Positions 1 through 9,400 of a stretch of 47,486 nucleotides of DNA are shown one piece after another; position 1 is the stretch's first letter, and every line of letters starts with the position of its first letter. The notes beneath the pieces were generated by a model. It was not told where the DNA came from. It searched no databases and saw nothing but the letters and a program-made list of their open reading frames with translations. The DNA is from Amoebophrya sp. A120 (Eukaryota; Protista; Dinoflagellata). A program made the translations under genes and the position numbers. The DNA lies in NCBI GenBank assembly GCA_905178155.1, contig CAJINV010000006.1:153965-201450 (forward strand). Reading direction: 5' to 3'.

Positions 1-424
1 GAAATTTGCTGATGTACTTCTCTAAATCCCTCTTTTCCTCCTCCGTGTGCTTTATTGTGTCCTGCTGGTGCTTATGAACTGCAAATATCTCTGGATGTCT
101 GGAAACTTGTGATGCAAGAAAGGAAATAGTGAGCACACTGTCATGCGCCCCCTAGCATGACAAGTTTTTCCGTAGTTCAGAGATGCGTGCCGCGCCTGAG
201 AAACTGCGTTTTTGCATGACAGACAAGAGGACCTCTTCGCGGACACGCAAGACAGAGTTCAGACTCAGAGTTATGCCAGACTAGCATGACAAGTCTCGCA
301 ATCTCCCAGACCCAGACATTTTTGCAGTGCATAGTGCTTGATGGTGAGTTTCAAATTCTCCAGCGACTTCTGCTGGTTCTGCTCTAATTTTAGCTTCTGC
401 GCAAGGGAGTGGTTCCTTGTGCAG

Positions 425-455
425 TGGTTCTTTGGTGCCTACAACATACAATTTT
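425..455. repeat. Junction motif copy 1 (TGGTTCTTTGGTGCCTACAACATACAATTTT)
   Basis: 31 bp identical to 1681-1711; 427-464 matches 3298-3335 with 1 mismatch. Confidence 0.9.
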
Positions 456-463
456 ACGCACCG

Positions 464-930
464 TGTATGCATAAGGACTTCGGAATCAGATCGAACTAAG
501 ACCACAAATGAACTCGCTCTCCGCTAAGCTTTTGCACTAGGTTCCTAAAATGCACTGACGTTCAAAGACCAGCACACTCTTCAAATTGATGCAAATCTGT
601 AATGCGCGTGATCTAAAAGATCTCACAAGAAGCTTCTCTACGGCATTTGTGTGCGGAGAGGCCACCAGCATGACAGATCTGAGGTTGTTGAAGTTTGTAT
701 TGCATGGATGAACCTTTTTAACGTAGCCACTTTGGCTCAAGGTTGAGCAAATTCCTACAGAGAACATGCGGAAGTTGCTAAAGGAGAAGATACTATGTGA
801 ATTCACAACCATTTTATTTTGCACCCCTATGCCCATCGATGTTCCACGATTCGTTCATGCATTGGTTTTGTTACAAGAGTCTATTTTCGTGTGCGTAGTT
901 CGGTCCGTGTCCAAGTAGTACTTTCGTACA
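464..930 (+). repeat. 5' LTR of a truncated sister copy of the Gypsy-like element
   Basis: TG...CA termini; reverse-complement homolog of 47021-47486; followed by PBS and the same gag N-terminus. Confidence 0.92.
720..741 (+). other. DinoSL-like motif inside LTR
   Basis: AACGTAGCCACTTTGGCTCAAG|GT versus DinoSL DCCGTAGCCATTTTGGCTCAAG (20/22). Confidence 0.8.
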
Positions 931-932
931 AC

Positions 933-947
933 TGGTGCATCAGCCGG
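933..947 (+). promoter_or_regulatory. Primer binding site, probably tRNA-Gly
   Basis: TGGTGCATCAGCCGG, 2 nt after the LTR; complementary to a ...CCGGCUGAUGCACCA tRNA 3' end resembling eukaryotic tRNA-Gly(GCC). Confidence 0.75.
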
Positions 948-1017
948 ACCTAGCCATAGGACCAAACTTTTAACACTTACGTACTACAAATTTTTTTACC
1001 CCTTTCGCGATTGAATA

Positions 1018-1764
1018 ATGCACACAAATACAAGTAAGAAAAAACCCATTTTCAACATGAGCGGACGGCGATACAATTGGGACCGGGTGCACCAGAACCA
1101 GGCCCAGTACCGACAGCAGCAACAGTGGGAACAAGACCAACAGTTCCAGCCTTACCGGTACCAGGGCGCGGGTGGCGCTAATCCAAGCCCGAGCAGCAAC
1201 CAAAGCGTTCACATGTCGCAGAACAGCTTTACAAATGATCCGCTTGAGCAGCAGCACGGAGGAACAAGCGGGCGCGGGCTATTGGGACGAAGCGGCACGC
1301 AAGGAGCTGCTGCAGCGAGCAGTAGTGGGGCCTTTCCGGGACAAGCTCCCTACCAGCATCCTGCACCGCAGCAGCAAATACCTGCACAGCAAGGAGTTCA
1401 CGTGGAGCCGGGGCGCGCAGTAATCCACGGGCAACAAGTTACCCTGAACATGCAGGACCTTGTCACACATCTCGGGCCGCTCCTCCAGCGCGCGCAGCAA
1501 CAACAAAACGGGGCGGCGCAAGGGATTTTTGGAACGGCCGCAGCCGGCGCTGCGATGCAGCAAGGGCAGCCAAACTTTCCGCCACACCCGATGCAGGAGC
1601 AGTCGCAATTTTCATTCCGCGCTGACAATTTCCCACAAAATTCAGTAAATAACCGCTACGCGCCGGAGCGTGGGGGTGGTTGGTTCTTTGGTGCCTACAA
1701 CATACAATTTTTGTCGGGAAAATGTCGAACACACTTCAACCCCCCAAAAGGTAAACCGTATTGA
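1018..1764 (+). pseudogene. Truncated Gln-rich gag/ORF1 of the Gypsy-like element (homology ends ~1670)
   Basis: Nearly identical to 46171-46935 up to NRYAPERG, then runs into junction motif copy 2. Confidence 0.88.
1681..1711. repeat. Junction motif copy 2
   Basis: Identical to 425-455. Confidence 0.9.
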
Positions 1765-2185
1765 CGGTCAAACTACGATGCTAATAGTGGGAATGCAAAT
1801 TGTCACTTGACTCAAGGCGCCTGGTATGATGTGCATGTCAAATGTTGTAGTCACGATAGCATGCAGATTTAGTGGCATTAGTACTAGTATACGTCGACGA
1901 TAGGTAGCAAGTGCGCACGAGCTAGTTATGTACGATACCGACGAGAGCAAAGCGATTGATGTACGACCGATGACTATTCGGAGTATATACGAACGGATTA
2001 CCGATCGGGAGGTTTTGGAGTTCGAACCGACATGATTCTTACATCCCCTCCTACTCCGAATGTCATGCGGTGCGGCTACTAGTTCTCCTAGGATCAAAAG
2101 CGTAGGCGAATGCGTTCTGGAAACTAGTAAAATTAAACAGTTGGATCAGAAGAAATAGTGACTATTTTTATTGTCGATTGCGACA
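1712..2185 (-). repeat. Putative 3' LTR of the Copia remnant
   Basis: Inverted termini TGTCG...CGACA; purine-rich TAAGGAGT precedes it on the minus strand; lies downstream of Copia pol fragments; no partner LTR in window. Confidence 0.5.
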
Positions 2186-2653
2186 ACTCCTTAGGTAAAA
2201 GATAAATGTTTGTAGTACCAAACTCGATGCTATGATGTGAAATTTGCATTGCGTTTTTGAATGCAATTATACAAAATTAAGTGCTGAGATGATGTGAAAA
2301 TAACCCTGAAAATAAATGTTAAAATCCCTGAAAGACGCTGAAATTCTACTTAAGCCTACGAATTGATGTTTTGAAATGCAACGAGAATCTACGTGAAGAT
2401 GTGAACGATATACGAAAAGCGAATGCGAAATACGATGTGAAGTTTGCGATTTGAAAAACGATAGGTGCCTACTTACGATGAACGATAAACGATAGGCACT
2501 AAACACGATGAGATGCTACTTGTACTTACCATAAATACGACCTAAAAACGTAATCAATATGTTGACTCTGCCTGGTTTGTAACTTCGTTTCTGCCATGCG
2601 GTTTCCATGCGGTTTAATGATCCATGCGTGATTCCATGCGGTTTCCAATTTCG

Positions 2654-3294
2654 TCAAAGGCGGCCATTTTTCCCCAGATGAACCGAAATTGACAGAATGT
2701 CGTAAACGAATTCTGTTGCGGTTTCTTGTGCTGGCTCAGCGACAAGCGTGAGAGCCATCGCAGTTTCGGGATAGACAGCGTTTATGTCCTCCTGCGCCCC
2801 AAAGAAGTAAAAGTTGTCCACGAAGATTAAAGCAATCACCCCTGACTGCCCCCAGATGCAGGAATCAAGGCGGCACTGAATCCAACCCAAAGAGCAAAGT
2901 CGCTCATTGCGGTATTTGGCCCATCCCATTGAGCAAAGACGCCATTGACCCAGTGAGCGGATCTAGGCGAGACATACACTGTGCAGTTGTACAGGCATGC
3001 CATTTCGAGGAAGGATGTGTTGATGAATTCACTTCCACCATCGACTAGCCAATTTTGTCCCAAAATGCCTCGGGCTCGAGTCATTTCTAGAAACTGCGTG
3101 CTGTGTGAAGCGCTTGGCTTCGTCCCCTTAGGCAAAACCCAAATGACAGAAAACCTGCAGAAAAGGTTCACCGCGTGCAAAATTGCATATCCATGCACAA
3201 AGAAGGTATCGAAAGCCAGCCAGTGCTCAAGATGCCTTCCTTGAATTCCCCCGAATCGAAGTCGAGGGGTGGCAGAGCTTCGAAGTCGATTCAA
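2654..3294 (-). pseudogene. Internally deleted Ty1/Copia pol: integrase core joined to an RT fragment
   Basis: Integrase-like FDTF...VDGGSEF...AHWVNG (2836-3294) followed by RT-like W...LCSLGWIQCRLDSCIW...IFVDNF (2654-2929); INT-before-RT order of Copia; the catalytic DD is degenerate. Confidence 0.75.
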
Positions 3295-3297
3295 GTT

Positions 3298-3335
3298 GTT
3301 CTTTGGTGCCTACAACATACAATTTTACGCGCCGT
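3298..3335. repeat. Junction motif copy 3
   Basis: GTTCTTTGGTGCCTACAACATACAATTTTACGC matches copy 1. Confidence 0.9.
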
Positions 3336-3357
3336 AGATTCTGCAATGCGACAAAGC

Positions 3358-3596
3358 ACAACAACAAGGGAGGAGCCCAAATAAGCAGAGCACCACCGTG
3401 ATTCACCTAATTTCCTAAAAGAGATTGCAGATCTGTCAAGTTAACTATAGAGAAAACGGAAGCGCTTCCGAAATGCGAAACGCGAAAAGCGAAAAACCAA
3501 AGGGGGGCAGTAGAGACCTAGGAGAGTAAGAAGAGAGAGACAGCGGAAGCGCCTCCGAAAAGCGAAACGCGAAAAGCGAAAAACCAAAGGGGAGCC
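3358..3596 (+). repeat. Dispersed duplicate of 32518-32756
   Basis: Near-identical ~240 bp including GCGAAACGCGAAAAGCGAAAAACCAAAGGGG units. Confidence 0.9.
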
Positions 3597-3689
3597 TTTA
3601 TGTCGATCACAATGGATCATTATCATGTGCTCTTCGGACCAGCACAACTCCCAGCGCATTTTTATTGAACCATCGGGAAGTAGTTTCTT

Positions 3690-4451
3690 TTGGCATCCTC
3701 CTCAAGAAGCCGCCGATTCGTAGGTCCCGTTGTCTTCGCCCATTGCGTATTATTAATTTTTCGCCAAACTCCACCTCGACCTCCTGCACCAGCCTCGCCT
3801 ACAACAATGCCATTTTCTCATATTTGTGAAAAGCTAAGAACAAACCGGAAGTCCGACAAGGTCGAAGACTTGCACTTCTACTCTACTCTAGGCCTAAGCG
3901 TCAACGACAAATTCAGCGACGCTGCGCCAGTCCTGACGCAACATATAGCAACAGAGAACGAACTTGTTCTACATGCAATTATCAAACAAGCAGAAGAACG
4001 GCACAGTCCGCGGCTGACGCAAGGAACATCACGATTGAACGCTATCGGAGCAGGTAGTATTTTGATATGCGAGCAGGGGGTAGCAGCACTTTTACCCCGG
4101 CTGGACGAAAACCGGAGAGAAACCGTCGCCATCCACGGATCTCTGCACAGTAAGAACTTCTCCAGACGTGAAACTGAACGCCAGGTGGAACAAGCCGCTC
4201 CTCGCATTTATTTCGATAACGCGGGAGTTCAAGTTGGGAGGCGCTTCCGATGTTGTCCCGGGTACCGGGACCGCCGTAGCGGGCTGTCACTTTTGATCAT
4301 GGAACAAACTGAGATCGTACATACCCTTCGACCCTTTGGTCGTCGTCTACGCTCTTTCAACCTTTCAAAACAACAACAAGATCAGCAATATGCGCTGGTT
4401 GGTTTACCAAACCTCATATGTTCTTTTTTACTTTTGTTCGCTAACTTGTAA
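3690..4451 (+). CDS. Hypothetical ORF, possibly TE-derived or non-coding
   Basis: 253-aa open frame only; no recognised motif; opposite strand to the host gene cluster. Confidence 0.25.
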   Translation: MASSSRSRRFVGPVVFAHCVLLIFRQTPPRPPAPASPTTMPFSHICEKLRTNRKSDKVEDLHFYSTLGLSVNDKFSDAAPVLTQHIATENELVLHAIIKQAEERHSPRLTQGTSRLNAIGAGSILICEQGVAALLPRLDENRRETVAIHGSLHSKNFSRRETERQVEQAAPRIYFDNAGVQVGRRFRCCPGYRDRRSGLSLLIMEQTEIVHTLRPFGRRLRSFNLSKQQQDQQYALVGLPNLICSFLLLFANL

Positions 4452-5394
4452 TCTTAGTCCTCTTTTACTTTTACTCAACTTTTACTCTTTCAGAAGGAAG
4501 GAACTGCACCACCACGTGGATACACTTGTACTGCTACATGTAAATCTTACAAATCTTTACTCTAAGCTGGGGGTGTATACAGACCTTCTCAGATGTGCCG
4601 TAGTGCTTGATGCGAGTATTCCATGTTGTATAAATAAGGTTGTGGCTACTTCTACTTGAAAAAAACATACTCTTTCCGTCGCAAAATCTTTCTGCTAGTC
4701 CCAAAAAATACGCCAATCAAGGACTGGATCCCACCGTTTCCGTTCATCCAAAGAGCTTTTTTACATCAGTCGGTATGGTGCTTGATCTCGTCGAACTAAG
4801 TACTCGTTTCAAACTTCAATAGGTCAACATATACTTCTTCATCAGGTACGGCGCGCGTGTCTCGGATGTCCCTCCCAGTAACAAAACAAGACAGCAATGG
4901 ACATCATCTGGACAGAACTACTTTACTCGTTAAACCAAACGCACGGGATCACAATCATATTTTCATACATCATATCAGCCCACTTCTACAGGCCTGATTT
5001 TGTTTTTGAGCCATAGTGGCGGCTTAAAATGTTGAAAAAGAGACACTACATAGCCTATCACTAAACCCAACCTAAGGACGAAGGCTTCACTGTGTGTCTC
5101 AAAAAATTCAAACTGATGCTACTTCTTTACTGTAATGATCAGGCTACTTCTTACTTTACTGTAATTCGTCTGCTGCTTTACATACAGCAGTTCCTCTAGA
5201 TGCACTTGCATTTCCAAGCAGGTTTGTTGCGCTGTGAGACTACGCGCAGCAACAACGAGACTCGCGCAAAGATCGTTCGTTAGCATTTTCCATACAACCG
5301 AGAACTCTTCTTTTTAATACTCAAGTCGGAGCCCGACCTCATCAGTCTTTCCGTAGTCTACTGCCACTCCTCACCAATTCTTGAGCTCCTTTCG

Positions 5395-6291
5395 TCAAAT
5401 CGCCTTCTCTTTCCGCGCAAGGGTCATGTGCACGCCGCGTTTTCGGACATCGGCAGACGCGGGTAGTTTTCCGCCGTAAACCAATGGCGCGACGTAGTGG
5501 AGGTAGATGTCCTCCGCCACTCCCCGGAACATTTCCAGTACCCGCTTGCGCATTTTCTCATCGGGCTTTTGTTCCCCCTCGTCTACTGCATGCAGCAGCC
5601 CGTCCGGCGAGCATGTTTTTGGTCTGTCGATGGACAAACGCGAGAGCCCGGCCACCAAATTGTTCATCTCTCTGGTACGGCAGTTGCGGGTGAGTTTTTC
5701 ATCGACCTCCCACTTATCCCCGGCCCCACGGCGCTGCACGCAGGCCGCTTCGCCGTGCCCGGGATCTGGGCACAACGCGACCTGACGGTGGCCCTCCGGT
5801 GAACAGAACTCGGCCTCCAGGACATAATGCTCTCCTTCAACCCGTATCTCGCAGGGTGAGAGCCCGTAGAGCGCCACACCGTTCGTAATGGCGCGCTCGG
5901 TTCCCGCATCGGCTGCTTTCCGCTGCACCTCCTCGGTGATGACGTCCACGAGGTGGGACCAGATCCCCGGTTCGCACGAGGTAGGGACCACCATCGTCAT
6001 GTTGTTCGACTGCTGAAGATCAGTTTCCGAGAAACTACAGCACGACGGCTGCCGCTTTCCGACAGTGGTGCAATGACGCGCAGCCGAAGCTCCGTTGTTG
6101 AGGCAGTAGTGCGCCATACTGGATGTGGATGCGGTTTGTGGGCCGTGGTCTTGCTGCACCCGTATTTTGCTTGTCTCGCTTTCAGGAGTCCGTGCGGCCG
6201 AATCGGTACCAAGACTCAGATTTCGCATGGCGGGGTATCGAAATGAAACACCGTTTCCTCTCGCGGAATCATTCAAAGCCGAATCGGACAA
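5395..6291 (-). CDS. Hypothetical protein (298 aa)
   Basis: ATG-initiated ORF in GC-richer sequence, co-oriented with neighbouring genes; no recognised domain. Confidence 0.6.
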   Translation of the reverse strand: MSDSALNDSARGNGVSFRYPAMRNLSLGTDSAARTPESETSKIRVQQDHGPQTASTSSMAHYCLNNGASAARHCTTVGKRQPSCCSFSETDLQQSNNMTMVVPTSCEPGIWSHLVDVITEEVQRKAADAGTERAITNGVALYGLSPCEIRVEGEHYVLEAEFCSPEGHRQVALCPDPGHGEAACVQRRGAGDKWEVDEKLTRNCRTREMNNLVAGLSRLSIDRPKTCSPDGLLHAVDEGEQKPDEKMRKRVLEMFRGVAEDIYLHYVAPLVYGGKLPASADVRKRGVHMTLARKEKAI

Positions 6292-6487
6292 ATTTTTCGG
6301 GTCGTGCCTGGTCTGGCTAGATGAACATTCTTCGGAAGATAGAAGTCAATGCAAAAGACAATTCTTGGCCAAAGAAGTACGATGCACATGCATGTGCAAA
6401 CAAGAAGGTCTTCAATGCAAAACTAGGTCCTGCAACTTGGTTCACAGAGCCGGCTTTAAAATCCGCGGGAAACAGCACACAATTATT

Positions 6488-9400
6488 TCATTTGAATACG
6501 GACCCAAGACCGTGCATTGCGGTAATCTGCGTCTGCGCCATTGCGAACGCGGCGATGACAGCCAGAAGTGCTACAGCGGCAATGAACTTTTGTGGTGCCG
6601 CCCGTCTTTCCCACAGCCCTGCGAAATTCTGCGCGACCAGGTCTTTGATCTCTTGAAACTGTCCACGCCGAATGATTTGTGCCTGTGGCTCGTGGGTGAT
6701 AAGGCGCGTTTCTTCCGTCGGAGCAGCTTCCGCGGCCGGGGCCACAGGGGGGGCTGTCTCACTCTGAGTCTGGGCCTCACGGCGTGAAGCTGGCAGACGC
6801 GTGCCCGGGGCCACAGAGGGACCTGAAACCTGAGTCTGGGCATTCCGGTGTGAAACTGGCAGGCGCGTGCGGCGCGTTTCTTCCGTCGGAGCAGCTTCCG
6901 CGGCCGGGGCCACAGAGGGACCTGAAACCTGAGTCTGGGCATCACGGCGTGAAGCTGGCAGACGCGTGCTCTGGGTCTGGACAGGAATATGGTGCGGGGA
7001 GTCAGAACGACGAACCGATGGCGTTGCACCAACTGTAGTACCGTCCGGGACTTCCGCCTGGGCTGAAACAACAATCTGCGGGGCGTTTGGCACAAGTTGC
7101 GGTGCCGCGCAAGTGGGCGTACCCAGAGCCGAGGCTTCCGGTGGTGTCGCCCGTGGACGACCCTCTCCTCGCATAACGCGATCAAGCGTTTCCCAATGTT
7201 TGATACAGGCCGGGCAGTTCGACTGGCCAACTAATTTCAGGTCGTGTCCACACTGCGAACACGGTGATGGACGGAAGCCGGCCCGAATGCCTTGCGGGGC
7301 AGCGCCGGTTGTTTTTGACTGTTGGCCGCAAGCCCCATGCGGCTGTGAGGTCGTGGTGGTCGGTCTGGCACTGCTGCTCGCGCCAGATGATGCAGCGGCC
7401 GACCGGTCCCTCGAACCTGAACGAGATGATTTGCGATTTGGGGAGCGGCGTCGGCGCATGGAAGAAGGGGACCGGGCCGGCGAGCCTGCCGGAGCCTTCG
7501 CTTTCGGTCCCGCCTGGACCTGCGAAAACACATCGAGCGATTCATCGCGACTCATATTTCGGCAAAACCGTGAAGAAGGACCGGACGAGGCCGTGCGACG
7601 AAAAGAGCCCCCGGAACCGCCAGACCGCCCAGAAGAGTAGGTGGTCTTTCGTCCACCTTGACTGCGGCCGAGGGACATAGGCAGGATCATCCCCCCAAGG
7701 ATCACCCCCCTCAAGATGCAGGGGGGGGTGAGGGGGGCCAGGGGGTGGGCGGGCCGGGGGCAGGAAGGTAGGGGGCAACGAGCGAGGCCGGGGGCAGGCA
7801 GCCAGGCTACGGGGGGGACAAGGGCAGGCGGGCCGGCGGCAGGCAGACCGGGGGCAAGGCGGGGCGGCGTTGGTATTTGCCGGAAGGCCTTCCAATAGGT
7901 TTCCTGGCTCAAGATGTGCCACAGGCGGGCAGCCACCCGAGGAAGCCCGGGAGCGCCTAACGCCTCGCCTCCCGAGGCAACAAAGGCGGCACAGTGAGCG
8001 TGCCCCCCCGGGCGGGGTCACGGCAAACCAACGAAGGGGGAAAGGGGGGGGGGAACAATCAAACACAGGGGGGGGGGGCCGGCGAGGCGCGTGCCTTCGG
8101 CCCGGAACAGGAAGGGGGAAAAGGGAATCGCCTGGGCCAGCCGTCGCGACGGCTGGCCCAGACGACACTGCCGAAACCCTAAGCCCTAAGCCCTATGCCC
8201 TTGAGGGGGGTGATCTTGGAAACTTGAGGGGGGTGATCTTATCTTGAGGGGGATGATCCGGCCTACGTCCGCGGCCGAGCCAGAGCGATTCGTTTCCCTG
8301 CAGCTGCTTCATCCAGTCGTCGGCGCCCGAATCTGTATTGCTTCCACCACTGCTGTCGCCGTCGTTGCCGTCGTCGTTACCTGTATTTGGTAGCTTGTGT
8401 CGTTGACTTAGGTCCCAATTCGGAAGCCGTTTTTCACACTTGCGCCCGGGGCAGCTTGCCTTGGAGCTGGTCCGGCTCCGTAGAAGAAAACGACGCAAAA
8501 GAAATTACTTACATGGGTATAATAAGTCGCTTTACTGTCGCCTTCCTTTGCGTTTTCCATACTCAACTTCCGGCGTCAAAATGCAGAAACAAAAACTGCA
8601 GCAGTTGGTGTTGTTCTATGATCTACTTAGTAACACATATGTATGTCTACCTCCGCCAGACGGTCCTGACCTCCGCGCTGGCCGGGCAGTCATATGGACC
8701 AGCTCTATTTCTGCGGCATGCAATGTCTCTTCGCCGCCTCGGGGTTCTGCGAGTTTCTCGAAAATATTGACATAGTCGCAGGTCTTTTTATACAGGGCGG
8801 TCTGAAGCGGCTCCTCCTCTTGCCCTCCGAACATTGCAGAAACTGCCTTGTCGTCCCCACGGCGCAGCCGATCTATTCGTATCCATGGCGAAAATCCACC
8901 CTGCACGCGCGCCTCGCTCAGGTTGAGATTATTTTCCCAAAGCAACATCCGGAACGCGTCCGCCGGCCTGTTCCTTACTACTAGGCGCCGCTCCGCGCTA
9001 TTTGCTGCGAGTTTGCGGTTCACGTGCTGCGAATACCCTTCCACAGCGACCGCGCAACGCTTCTGTAGATCCCCCAAGACGTCCAGTTCCAGCACTGGAA
9101 GAGCTCGGGATACGGTCGTTAGCGCTCCATTGGCAGTAAGCTTGGTTTTCAGCGTCGCGTAAAACAGTGCGCGGTGACTAGCATCGGCTGTGTGAGGATT
9201 TTGAAAATGTTGAGGAGTAGGCACAATCGTTTCAGGGCACTGCTTGTAGTATATGCAATTGCTAAGTAGGAGTAACACCAGCCATGAAATACGCCCGCAA
9301 CTAGCTTGTGTTGATATGCACGAGCACCTTCAGCCTCGAGTTCCAAAGAAAATAAACGTTCGTACCAGGTCCGCAGACTCGCGTCGCTTCTTGAAATCGC

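Noticed and set aside
425-3335. True CRISPR array from the three ~30-bp repeats
   Set aside because: Spacers are 1.2-1.6 kb TE fragments, there are no cas genes and the context is eukaryotic; kept only as an analogy
7542-8247. Pro/Arg/Gly-rich ORFs, including the first ~90 aa of ORF 6488-7936
   Set aside because: They are read through the G-rich MITE and are compositional artefacts
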